Under the pieces are notes generated by a model. It was not told where the DNA came from. It saw only the letters and a program-made list of their open reading frames with translations, and did not search any database. A DNA stretch of 62,796 nucleotides, taken from NCBI GenBank assembly GCA_944331715.1, contig CALVIP010000003.1:1-62796 (forward strand), written 5' to 3'. Made by a program: the position numbers and the translations under genes. Every line of letters begins with the position of its first letter. Position 1 is the stretch's first letter. Below are positions 17,970 through 28,185 of the stretch, piece by piece. Source of the stretch: an uncultured Bacilli bacterium. GTDB lineage: Bacteria; Bacillota_I; Bacilli_A; RF39; UBA660.

Positions 17970-19714
17970 TATAGTTTAACCTCTTCTTTTAATAGCGTAA
18001 TAAATTCATCTATTGTAACTGTACTAGTATCTTTTTCACCATGTCTTCTATAACTAATAGTATTATCAGTCTTTTCTTTATCTCCAAGTATTAGTGTATA
18101 GTTAATTTTTCTAGTTTGAGCTTCTCTTAATCTATAACCTAATTTTTCATTACGGTTATCTAACTCTACTCTAATACCATTTTTCTTTAACTCTTCATAT
18201 ACTTTACTAGCATATTCTCCTTGATATTCACTAGATACTGGTATAACTACTGCCTGAACAGGATTTAACCATAAAGGAAGATTACCTTTAGTCTCTTCAA
18301 GTAGGAAAGCAATAAATCTATCAAGAGAACCTAGTATTGCTCTATGAATAACTACTGGTCTAGCTTTATTTCCATCTTTATCAATATAGGTTAGTTCAAA
18401 TCTTTCAGGTAGTTGATAATCTAATTGTACAGTTGAAAGTGTTACATCATGACCAATAGCACTTTTAACTTGAACATCAAGTTTTGGTCCATAGAAAGCT
18501 GCTTCTCCTTCTGCTTCATAGAAGTCTGCTCCTATTTCTTCTAGAACTTCTCTTAGTTCTTGTTCACTTCTTTCCCATAGCTCATCATTACCAAAGTATT
18601 TATCTTTATTATTCTTATCTCTTAAAGAAAGTCTAAAACTATAATCTTTAAAGCCAAAGTCTTTATAAACATCAAGTATTAAATCAATAACACCTTTAAA
18701 CTCTTCTTTAATTTGTTCATTAGTACAGAAGATATGAGAATCATTTTGAGTAAAGGCTCTTGTTCTTTCAATACCACATAATGCTCCAGAAGCTTCATAT
18801 CTAAAGTCATTTGCAATCTCGGCAATACGTAGTGGTAAATCTCTATATGAATGAAGTGAATTTTGATACATCATCATATGATGAGGACAATTCATTGGTC
18901 TTAACACATATGCTTCATTATCAAGTTCCATAGCAGGAAACATATCATCTTTATAGTGATCCCAGTGTCCACTAGTTTTATATAAATCTACACTGCCAAG
19001 TGAAGGTGTCATAACATGTTTATAACCATGTTTTATTTCTTTATCAGTAATATAATCAACTAGTGTACGTCTAACAAAGAAACCATTTGGTAACCACATA
19101 GGAAGTCCTTTACCTACTAAATCAGAAAACATAAATATACCAAGTTCTTTACCTAATTTACGATGATCTCTTTCTCTAGCTTCCTCTAGCATTTCTAAAT
19201 GTTTATTTAAATCTTCTTCAGTCTCATAACAAACTCCATAAATACGTTGTAACATTTTATTTTTAGAGTCTCCTTTAAAGTATGCACCACTTACTCTAAG
19301 TAATTTAAAGTGTCTTAACTCTTTAGTAGATTCTACATGAGGTCCACGACAAAGATCAGTAAAGTCTCCTTGAGTATAGCATGTAATTACTTCATCATCA
19401 CTCATATTATTAATTAAATCTATTTTATAAGGGTCATCTTTAAATTTATCAAGTGCTTCTTCTCTAGTTAATTCATGACGAATGATTTTTTTATTACCTT
19501 TAGCAATTTTTTTCATTTCTTTTTCTATTACAGGTAAATCATCATCTGTTAAAGTCTTATCTCCTAAATCAATATCATAATAGAATCCATCTTCTATTAC
19601 AGGTCCTACCCAGAACTTTGCCTCCGGATATAACTTCTTAACTGCTTCTGCTAGTAAATGCGCACAAGAATGATTAAGTGGCATTAATTTTTCACTTTCT
19701 TTAATATTTATCAT
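17969..19714 (-). CDS. thrS: Threonyl-tRNA synthetase (short form without N-terminal TGS domain)
   Basis: NHSCAHLLA, DLCRGPH, LRPMNCPHH, GEAAFYGPK, PVVIHRA. Confidence 0.97.
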   Translation of the reverse strand: MINIKESEKLMPLNHSCAHLLAEAVKKLYPEAKFWVGPVIEDGFYYDIDLGDKTLTDDDLPVIEKEMKKIAKGNKKIIRHELTREEALDKFKDDPYKIDLINNMSDDEVITCYTQGDFTDLCRGPHVESTKELRHFKLLRVSGAYFKGDSKNKMLQRIYGVCYETEEDLNKHLEMLEEARERDHRKLGKELGIFMFSDLVGKGLPMWLPNGFFVRRTLVDYITDKEIKHGYKHVMTPSLGSVDLYKTSGHWDHYKDDMFPAMELDNEAYVLRPMNCPHHMMMYQNSLHSYRDLPLRIAEIANDFRYEASGALCGIERTRAFTQNDSHIFCTNEQIKEEFKGVIDLILDVYKDFGFKDYSFRLSLRDKNNKDKYFGNDELWERSEQELREVLEEIGADFYEAEGEAAFYGPKLDVQVKSAIGHDVTLSTVQLDYQLPERFELTYIDKDGNKARPVVIHRAILGSLDRFIAFLLEETKGNLPLWLNPVQAVVIPVSSEYQGEYASKVYEELKKNGIRVELDNRNEKLGYRLREAQTRKINYTLILGDKEKTDNTISYRRHGEKDTSTVTIDEFITLLKEEVKL

Positions 19715-19716
19715 AT

Positions 19717-20211
19717 TTATCTTCTCCTTCCATAATAATAATTTCTTTTACTTATAGTTTTTTGTCTATTAACTTTTTCAGTAGGTACTAATTCATCAAG
19801 GTATATTTCACTTTCTATGTTCCCTAACAACTCTACTTCTCCTGTAATTTCATCATAACCATAACCTAAACTTTCCAAAATTTCTTTTCTTCTTTTCTCT
19901 CTTTCATTAGCACTTAAATTACTACTTAAAATAGCATTTTTATTAAGTGCTAAACAATTACTATAACATCTAATATTCTTATCATCATCTCTAACATAAA
20001 TATATTTATCAGAGTCATCTTTAGATGCTATATCTAATGAAACAGCAGTAGGAGGAGTAACTCCTCTATTAATTAAATATATTGGCATATCATTATGATG
20101 AAACCTCGTTCTTTTACGATGATGACTTTTAACACCATACCAATTTTTCATAAATACGTGAATATTTTCGCATTCTTTTGAACTCTTGTAGTATCCCTTT
20201 TTCTTACCCAT
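19717..20211 (-). CDS. Basic hypothetical protein between the Thr T-box and thrS
   Basis: Start refined to MGKKKG (RBS AGGAG), because the track start lies inside the T-box terminator. Confidence 0.7.
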   Translation of the reverse strand: MGKKKGYYKSSKECENIHVFMKNWYGVKSHHRKRTRFHHNDMPIYLINRGVTPPTAVSLDIASKDDSDKYIYVRDDDKNIRCYSNCLALNKNAILSSNLSANEREKRRKEILESLGYGYDEITGEVELLGNIESEIYLDELVPTEKVNRQKTISKRNYYYGRRR

Positions 20212-20239
20212 ATTTTTTTCTCCTAACTTAACCTTATAT

Positions 20240-20450
20240 AATAAAAAGGATGATATCACTAGGAGTGCCTTACACTACACGATACCATCCTTTTTTAACT
20301 TAATTTAGATAACGGCACTAACCGGAATTACTTTGCATAACTCTACTCATTAAGGTAGTAATAAAAGAGCTTTTCTTAACTTTCACCAACCGTTAAGTCT
20401 CTAAGATTAAAAGGATTCTTTTACCAAGTCCCTAACTAATAACGTATTTA
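20240..20450 (-). promoter_or_regulatory. T-box riboswitch (Thr)
   Basis: AGAGA..GGUGAAA motifs, ACU/ACC specifier at 20354-20359, GGAUGGUAUCGUG T-box at 20278-20290, terminator; TTGACA promoter at 20481-20486. Confidence 0.8.
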
Positions 20451-20537
20451 CAACTATTATTTTACTACAAATTATAAAGATGTCAAATTATTTTTATAAT
20501 AAAACATATTTTCTATTAAAAAATGTATCTTGTTCGA

Positions 20538-20566
20538 TTGACACGATATAATACATATGTTATTCT
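20538..20566 (+). promoter_or_regulatory. Promoter of type I TA locus 1 toxin mRNA
   Basis: TTGACA-17-TATTCT. Confidence 0.7.
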
Positions 20567-20637
20567 TTAAGCAGGAATACCTAGTATGGGTGTTTTGCCT
20601 CTTTCAAAACTCTAATATTCAGGGGGAGAAAGGGGAA

Positions 20638-20712
20638 ATGTCTATGAGTAAGAAAGATTTTCTAATTGCATCATTAGTAATAATAATTATACTTCTGATT
20701 ATTTATAGATAG
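20638..20712 (+). CDS. Type I toxin-like hydrophobic peptide, locus 1 (22-24 aa)
   Basis: (MS)MSKKDFLIASLVIIIILLIIYR*; RBS AAAGGGGA; flanked by AGGAATACCTAGT (20573-20585) and ACTAGGTATTCCT (20789-20801). Confidence 0.75.
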   Translation: MSMSKKDFLIASLVIIIILLIIYR

Positions 20713-20865
20713 TAAAACGCCCTATTACAACTTTGTAATTAGGGTGTCTATCAAAAAACTTTTTTTTGAGGTAACACCCAAATGGCAAACTAGGTATTCC
20801 TCTTTTTTATAATATGTAAATTCTCTTTACATATTCATATTATCATAAATAATTAATTTTATCAA
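20713..20865 (-). ncRNA. Convergent antisense antitoxin RNA and its promoter, locus 1
   Basis: TTGATA-17-TAATAT (20837-20865), 5' hairpin AATATGTAAA/TTTACATATT, ends at hairpin CACCCTAATTACAAAGTTGTAATAGGGCG-TTTT. Confidence 0.65.
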
Positions 20866-20899
20866 GATATTAATCGTTGCAAAAAAGTATCATTTAATC

Positions 20900-21108
20900 T
20901 TTGCAACAGTATAAACATATGATATACTTTAAATGCAGTAAATGAGTGACATCTCATATAAAGATAAAAGAGGTTCACACTACTCCTTTAAAAAGTGTAT
21001 ATAAAGAGGTTGACGTTACTCCTAAAAAACGTATAAAGGTTCACACTATTCCTATAAAAGTGCATAAAAGTATAAGGGCGATACCTCTATTGGTATTACC
21101 CTATTTTT
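20900..21108 (+). ncRNA. Array A: promoter, leader, three degenerate ToxI-like pseudoknot repeats and terminator; no toxin gene follows
   Basis: TTTGCA-17-TATACT; leader ATGAGTGACATCTCAT (20942-20957); repeats 20964-21000, 21001-21032, 21033-21063; terminator 21075-21108. Confidence 0.7.
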
Positions 21109-21150
21109 ATTATTAAAAAGTAGAAATCATCAAAAAAGTAACATTTTTTC

Positions 21151-21369
21151 TTTACAACAATATAATCTTATGATATACTTTAGATGTATTAAATGAGTGA
21201 TACCTCATATAATAACAAAAGTCGGAATTCCCTTGCCACAGTAGGGAGCTAACAAAAGTCGGAATTCCCTTGCCATAGTAGGGAGCTAACAAAAGTCGGA
21301 ATTCCCTTGCCACAGTAGGGAGCTAAAAAACATGGGCGATTTTCATTTAGAAAGTCGTCCTTTTCTTTT
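21151..21369 (+). ncRNA. toxI: Array B: ToxI/AbiQ-type antitoxin RNA, 3 x 37-nt repeats, with promoter, leader and terminator
   Basis: TTTACA-17-TATACT; leader ATGAGTGATACCTCAT (21193-21208); AACAAAAGTCGGAATTCCCTTGCCA(C/T)AGTAGGGAGCT at 21214, 21251, 21288; terminator 21334-21369; toxN directly downstream. Confidence 0.9.
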
Positions 21370-21390
21370 ATTACGTAAGGGGGATTATTT

Positions 21391-21891
21391 ATGAAAACAC
21401 TTAAAATATACTATATTGATGAAAATTATATTAAATATTTAAGAAAATTTGATAAGATAGTACCGTATAATAAGACTCATACAAGACCATATATTGGTGT
21501 TGTATATGAATATAATGGGATTAATTATTTTGCACCTTTATCTAGTCCAAAACAAAAACATATAACAATGAATGAAAATGCTCTAGATATATTTAAAATC
21601 AATGATGGAATTTGGGGAATAGTTAATATTAATAATATGATTCCTGCTCCTACCTATTGTTTGACTGAAGTACTTCCACAAGTAAAAGATGAAAAGTACA
21701 GAAACTTAATATTAAATCAAACTAATTATTTAAATAGACATAAGTATAAATTACTATCTAAAGTTAAACAGTTTAGATTACGTTATGATAAAGGGTATTT
21801 ATCTAGCAGATTAAGAAAAAGATGTTGCAACTTTAAATTATTAGAAGAAAAATGTATGGAATATGAAAACTTAATACTAGAAACTAGTTAA
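21391..21891 (+). CDS. toxN: Type III TA endoribonuclease toxin, ToxN/AbiQ family
   Basis: IYYIDENYIKYLRKFD, RPYIGVV, YFAPLSSPK, NINNMIP, CCNFKLLEEKC; canonical repeats-terminator-toxin layout. Confidence 0.92.
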   Translation: MKTLKIYYIDENYIKYLRKFDKIVPYNKTHTRPYIGVVYEYNGINYFAPLSSPKQKHITMNENALDIFKINDGIWGIVNINNMIPAPTYCLTEVLPQVKDEKYRNLILNQTNYLNRHKYKLLSKVKQFRLRYDKGYLSSRLRKRCCNFKLLEEKCMEYENLILETS

Positions 21892-21912
21892 GAAAGAGCT
21901 TTATTCTCTTTC

Positions 21913-22782
21913 TTATTTTTCACTTCTCGCTTCATTTAAAAGAGTATCAAGTGTTACTAAAGTAAAACCTCTTTGTTTTATATAGTTTATTAATACTTTT
22001 AATTCAGATACATTAGACTCAGTTAATTTAATACTTATAATACTACCACTTCTTAAGTTACCTTTAGCACTACTATAAATATTACTATCTAGTCTTAAAG
22101 TAGGTATAATAGTATGCATAGATAACTTACTACATAAATTTAATACTTCTTCATTATCATAAGTTGCATAACAGTATTTAGTAGTAGTACTAGTAAGTGT
22201 TTTTATCTTATCAATAGATGCTTTAAATAATAGTTCATCATAAGCTTTATCATAACTAAGTACTTCTACTTCATTACCATTTACTACTGCATCCGTTACA
22301 AATGATGTATTACTATCAGTAAATTTACCATCTATAAAAAATGTACCTACTACTCCCATATCTTTTAATATATTTAATAAATTATCTATATAACTGCTAG
22401 TATCAACTGCAAAGACTAAAGCAATGTTGGTACTTATGCCATTACCACTAGAAATATACTTGTCATAATAATCATCTATCGATATAGTAGGTTCCACTTC
22501 TTCAAAGACTAATAGAGCATCATTATAACTACCATACCCTTTCATCTTGGTAAAGCTTTCTTCTAAATCTATAACAAGACCATTATATCCTGGTATTAAA
22601 TAATCCCCTTCTACCTTAGCATTAAGTGCATCTTCTTCTAAAGTACTCCCCTTATCTTTTATTTCTTTCATAATAGGATCATTAGATTCTAATAGTACAA
22701 TTGCTTTCTCAGTATAATAAAAAGAAAAAAGAACAAGTAACATAACAAATATTACTTCTATAACCTTTTTAATAAGAACCAC
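21913..22782 (-). CDS. Polysaccharide deacetylase-family protein, degenerate active site
   Basis: N-terminal TM, GTFFIDG, GNEV, LRSGSII; TFDD replaced by VFAVD. Confidence 0.7.
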   Translation of the reverse strand: MVLIKKVIEVIFVMLLVLFSFYYTEKAIVLLESNDPIMKEIKDKGSTLEEDALNAKVEGDYLIPGYNGLVIDLEESFTKMKGYGSYNDALLVFEEVEPTISIDDYYDKYISSGNGISTNIALVFAVDTSSYIDNLLNILKDMGVVGTFFIDGKFTDSNTSFVTDAVVNGNEVEVLSYDKAYDELLFKASIDKIKTLTSTTTKYCYATYDNEEVLNLCSKLSMHTIIPTLRLDSNIYSSAKGNLRSGSIISIKLTESNVSELKVLINYIKQRGFTLVTLDTLLNEARSEK

Positions 22783-22819
22783 CTCTATAAAATTTTATTA
22801 TAGAAATGAATAAATTATT

Positions 22820-24901
22820 CTAAGGATATAGAGTAAAATATGCATCACTTGCTCTTTTACTAATTCTTCTAGTAACTAAAGTTGAATAACTGTTTCTTGG
22901 ATTTTCCCAAGTAGAATCTGGACTTGTTACTGTTATAGACATCTTAGGACTACTTGATGGTGCATAACCTACAAAAGCAGTTGAAACTGTATCGGTATCA
23001 TTAATATCATCATCATTAGTATCTGTAGCACTTTGACTTGTTCCTGTCTTACCTGATGGATCATGAGAATCATCTATATAACCTACTCCTAAGCCATAAC
23101 TTTTATTCATAACAGCATAGAATCCTTCTTTAACTCTATTTAAATATTCAGGAGTTGTATTAACAGTATTTAAAACATTCTTCTCAAATGTATATATTAC
23201 ATCTCCTAAACTCTCATCATCAGTTGAAGCATGAACTTCTTTTAATAGATGAGGTTGCAATCTACTACCACCATTGGCAAAAGTTGAGATATACTGTGAT
23301 AACTGGATTGGTGTATATGTATCATATTGTCCCATTACAAAGTCAAGTAAAAGTCCAGGAGCTTTATTACTACTAGTATAGCCTAAAGACTCTACTGGTA
23401 AATCTATTTCAGTTTCAACACCAAGTCCAAACTCTTTAAAAGTATTTCTATAAATATCAAAAGCACTTTCATTAATTACTAATGGTTTGTTATATTGATA
23501 AGTTGCCCCTGCTACTTTCATCGCTGTTTTAAACTGATAAACATTACTAGATAATGCAAGAGCATCTATATCATTAATTCTCCCTAATGTCCTCCAAGAA
23601 CATTTCTGTGGTGTTCCTGCTATTTTAATACATTCATCTACTTGATAATCCCCTGGTTTAATAGCACCTGTATTATATCCTACTAACATACTAGCACCTT
23701 TAACAACAGAACCTGAAGTCATAGGATCAGTCATAATACCTGTAGTACAATCTATTGTTTTATAACCTCCATTACCATCACTAACCGCTTGTCTTCCTGC
23801 CATGGCAAGTATCTCTCCTGTATTAGGATCTTGAATAATAGCATAACTTCTATTGTAATATTCTGTATTTGGTTGTCCTTTAGTAGCAAGTATTTCTTCA
23901 TTTAATATCGCTTCTAATTGTTGTTGTAATTCTATATCAATAGTAAGTACTATATCATTACCTCTCTTACCTTCACTAACTAGTTCTAACTCATGAGAAT
24001 TAACTGTCTTATAAATAGCTTTTGTTCCTTTTAAATATTCTTCATATTGTTCTTCTAAATAACTAGTACCAACTATATCATTTAAAGAATACCCTTTAGC
24101 AAGATACTCATCTTTCTCTTCACTAGGAATATCACCAACATTACCTAAAATAGTTCTAAAAGTATCTCCATAATTATAAACTCTTTCCCAATCTAGTTTT
24201 GTATTAAATCCTGGTAAGTCTTCATTATTCTCTGCTATATAAGCATATTCTTCATCAGTTACATCTTCATTTTTAATAACTTTATCATCATAAGAGTATC
24301 CTTTATTCATCAAATAATATAAATAACTAGCACGTATTTCTTCTTCTGTAAAAGCATTTAACTCTTCATCAGTCACTCTTTCTATTTTAAGTTCATATAT
24401 ATCATCACTATCTAATTTTCTTTGTTCATACTTTTCCCATTCTTTATCAGTTATTCTATCATCCATATCACTACTATTCTTAGCGACAAAAAACTCTCTT
24501 TTATTTCTATCAGATACTTTATCATAATCTAGACTAAGATGACTAGAAACAAGATATGCAAGTTCTATTTCTTCTTTAGTTCCTCTACTTTTATCTTTAT
24601 TATAATAAATTGTCTTAACTGCTTTATTATCAACTATTACTTTTCCATTACGATCAAGTATTCTACCACGTGGTGAACTAGGTCCTTCTACTACTGTAGT
24701 AGCAAGAGTTGTAAGTTCTTCTTCATAATATGCTTGTTCTCTTAACATTACATGATAAAGTCTAAGGGTTATTACTAAAAATAAAACTACTAAAACACTG
24801 CCTAAAAAGAAGAATCTTTTCTTATAAGTATTTCTATTAACAGTATATTTTCTTTCTCTTCTATTAATGTTTTTCTTATTAACTTTCTGTTTTATCTTCA
24901 T
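22820..24901 (-). CDS. Class B penicillin-binding protein
   Basis: TM anchor, RGRILDRNG, GSVVK (SxxK), SSN, KTG. Confidence 0.92.
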   Translation of the reverse strand: MKIKQKVNKKNINRRERKYTVNRNTYKKRFFFLGSVLVVLFLVITLRLYHVMLREQAYYEEELTTLATTVVEGPSSPRGRILDRNGKVIVDNKAVKTIYYNKDKSRGTKEEIELAYLVSSHLSLDYDKVSDRNKREFFVAKNSSDMDDRITDKEWEKYEQRKLDSDDIYELKIERVTDEELNAFTEEEIRASYLYYLMNKGYSYDDKVIKNEDVTDEEYAYIAENNEDLPGFNTKLDWERVYNYGDTFRTILGNVGDIPSEEKDEYLAKGYSLNDIVGTSYLEEQYEEYLKGTKAIYKTVNSHELELVSEGKRGNDIVLTIDIELQQQLEAILNEEILATKGQPNTEYYNRSYAIIQDPNTGEILAMAGRQAVSDGNGGYKTIDCTTGIMTDPMTSGSVVKGASMLVGYNTGAIKPGDYQVDECIKIAGTPQKCSWRTLGRINDIDALALSSNVYQFKTAMKVAGATYQYNKPLVINESAFDIYRNTFKEFGLGVETEIDLPVESLGYTSSNKAPGLLLDFVMGQYDTYTPIQLSQYISTFANGGSRLQPHLLKEVHASTDDESLGDVIYTFEKNVLNTVNTTPEYLNRVKEGFYAVMNKSYGLGVGYIDDSHDPSGKTGTSQSATDTNDDDINDTDTVSTAFVGYAPSSSPKMSITVTSPDSTWENPRNSYSTLVTRRISKRASDAYFTLYP

Positions 24902-24981
24902 ACCTATAACACCCTCTTTCTTTACTAGTTTATCACATAATTTTAATTTTACTACATATAAATTAAATAAAGGAGAAAAAA

Positions 24982-25230
24982 ATGATAGAGAGAATAATAA
25001 AAAATAATATTAAAGTATTAAATCCCCATTTAGTAATGGGATACTTAGAAAGTAAAAATATTTATCCTACAGAAGATGAAGCGATTATTATTTGTAATTT
25101 TTTAAAAGAAAACTATAATATTTTATTAAAAGATAACAGTATTTTACTTAATTTAAGAGGAAATATCAGAGATGATATATATAGTGGAGTGTCAACTATT
25201 ATTATGAATTTAAAGAATACTTATCTATAA
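24982..25230 (+). CDS. Small hypothetical protein (possibly DUF2624-like)
   Basis: 82 aa; RBS AAGGAG. Confidence 0.6.
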   Translation: MIERIIKNNIKVLNPHLVMGYLESKNIYPTEDEAIIICNFLKENYNILLKDNSILLNLRGNIRDDIYSGVSTIIMNLKNTYL

Positions 25231-25271
25231 AAAGAAAACTATGATATAATTTATCATAGGAGAGATAATAT

Positions 25272-25709
25272 ATGAATAGAAAAGGATTCACATTAATTGA
25301 GTTACTCGCTACTATTGTAATAATGGCTTTAATACTTATTATGGTAATGCCTTCTATTACGGCTTTAAGAAATAACAATGAAAAAAAACAGTATGAGTAT
25401 TATGGCGATAGTTTAGTAGAAGCTGCTAAAATATTTGTTAATAAAGAAGGAGAAGATATTACTTCTTTAGGTACTTTAAACTTCATTGGATGCGTTGATA
25501 TAACCTATCAAGAACTTATTGATGCTGACTTAATTGAACCTTTTACAGAAGAAAATATAGATTGTAGCAATGCTCTTATTAGATATACAAAAGAAAGAAA
25601 AAAAGAAAGTTATAGCATTAACTTAACTTGCAAAGATACAAAAACAAATAAAGTTTTATATCAATCAGATGACATTCCTGATTCTACTTGTACTGTTACT
25701 GCTTACTAA
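25272..25709 (+). CDS. Type IV prepilin-like protein
   Basis: RKG/FTLIELLATIVI prepilin peptidase motif. Confidence 0.85.
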   Translation: MNRKGFTLIELLATIVIMALILIMVMPSITALRNNNEKKQYEYYGDSLVEAAKIFVNKEGEDITSLGTLNFIGCVDITYQELIDADLIEPFTEENIDCSNALIRYTKERKKESYSINLTCKDTKTNKVLYQSDDIPDSTCTVTAY

Positions 25710-26553
25710 CACTTCTAATTAAAGCTATTTCTTCTTTATAAGGAGCATGACCATCTATATAAGGTGTTTCTAATATTTTAGGAACATCTTTTAATTTATC
25801 ACAATCTATTACTTTTATTAAAGTATCTAAACCTATAGTACCTTTATCTATATTTTCATGTCTATCTTTATGAGATGCAATTATATTTTTACTATCATTA
25901 ATATGAATACATTTAATTTTATCTATACCGATAAGTTCATCAAAAGTTTCTAATATCTCATCAAAGTTATTCAAATCATAACCAGCATCATTTAAATGAC
26001 ACGTATCTAAACAAACACCAATTCTATTCTTTTTAGAAACTCCATCTATAATAGATTTTAACTCTTCAAAGTTTCTTCCTACTTCACTACCCTTACCTGC
26101 CATAGTTTCAAGTAAAATCATGACATTACTATTATCTTTATCTAAGACAAGATTAAGGGCTTTAATAATATTAGAAATACCTACATCTACTCCTTGCCCT
26201 ACATGAGAACCTGGATGTAAAACTAAATATTTCATACCAAAGGTATCAACACGCTTTAACTCTTCACTTAAGAAATTACATGAAAAGTTAAATTTACTTT
26301 CATCACCATTTGCAAGATTAATGATATAAGGAGCATGAACTATAACATTATCTTTATCTATACCATTATCTTTCATCATAGAATAAGCTTTCTTAACATT
26401 ATCTAAGTCTATACTACTCCTAATAGTATTTTGAGGAGCACCGGTATAAAACATAAAGGTATTTGCCCCATAACTTATAGCTTCTTCTACACTTCCAACC
26501 AAACCACTATCTTTTTTATATCCTACATGAGAACCTATTATTAACATAAACAT
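25696..26553 (-). CDS. nfo: Endonuclease IV
   Basis: VHAPYIINL, VLHPGSH, ETMAGKGSE, CLDTCH, HINDSK, DRHENI. Confidence 0.95.
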   Translation of the reverse strand: MFMLIIGSHVGYKKDSGLVGSVEEAISYGANTFMFYTGAPQNTIRSSIDLDNVKKAYSMMKDNGIDKDNVIVHAPYIINLANGDESKFNFSCNFLSEELKRVDTFGMKYLVLHPGSHVGQGVDVGISNIIKALNLVLDKDNSNVMILLETMAGKGSEVGRNFEELKSIIDGVSKKNRIGVCLDTCHLNDAGYDLNNFDEILETFDELIGIDKIKCIHINDSKNIIASHKDRHENIDKGTIGLDTLIKVIDCDKLKDVPKILETPYIDGHAPYKEEIALIRSVSKQ

Positions 26554-26627
26554 CCTTCTTTCTAAAAAAGATTATATAAGGAGAAAAGAAAAAACGTCAA
26601 GAGTTTTGACGTAAACAACTGATTTAT

Positions 26628-27758
<1,131 letters not shown>

Positions 27759-27765
27759 CTACAAG

Positions 27766-28185
27766 TTATTTACTTCTTCTATTCTCATTTGTATAATCAT
27801 AACTCTTTGTCTCTACAAATATTAATCTCTTCTTAGCATCCATTACTTTTTTCTGAAGTTCTAAAGACATTTCTTTTATAGTTTTTTCTAATAGATATGC
27901 TCTATATTTATTTTTAACTAATTGTCTAAATTTCTCTATTTCATTTAAGGCCTCATGATAAGCAGTACCTGTATCATCATCACTAGTTAAATAAAAGTTT
28001 ACTAATTTTAATAACTTTAAATATTTCTTATAGACTTTATTACTTATAAAGACTTTTTGTATATCTAGACTATATATAGATACTTTATTATCATGAGACT
28101 TAATAGTTAGCTCTTTTCCTAAAGTTAAATCTCCATTATAAGTAAAACTCTTTTCTATTATTAAATAATTATTCAACTGAACCAT
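27766..28185 (-). CDS. Hypothetical protein
   Basis: 139-aa ORF coupled to trmD. Confidence 0.65.
   Translation of the reverse strand: MVQLNNYLIIEKSFTYNGDLTLGKELTIKSHDNKVSIYSLDIQKVFISNKVYKKYLKLLKLVNFYLTSDDDTGTAYHEALNEIEKFRQLVKNKYRAYLLEKTIKEMSLELQKKVMDAKKRLIFVETKSYDYTNENRRSK

Noticed and set aside
20524-20536. LexA (Cheo) box at type I toxin promoters
   Set aside because: Only a GTTCG half-site is present; the GAAC arm four bases upstream is missing at loci 1 and 2.
20964-21063. Tandem preQ1-I riboswitches (AGAGGUUC...CUAC..CC..AAAAA resembles the B. subtilis aptamer as I recall it; tgt is 5.5 kb away)
   Set aside because: The preQ1 P1 register fails in repeats 2 and 3, and the would-be ligand-binding C is paired in the conserved register. 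No queuosine gene lies downstream, and the leader is shared with toxI. An Rfam search would settle it.
21214-21324. CRISPR array
   Set aside because: The repeats are contiguous with no spacers, no cas genes are present, and the context is toxIN.
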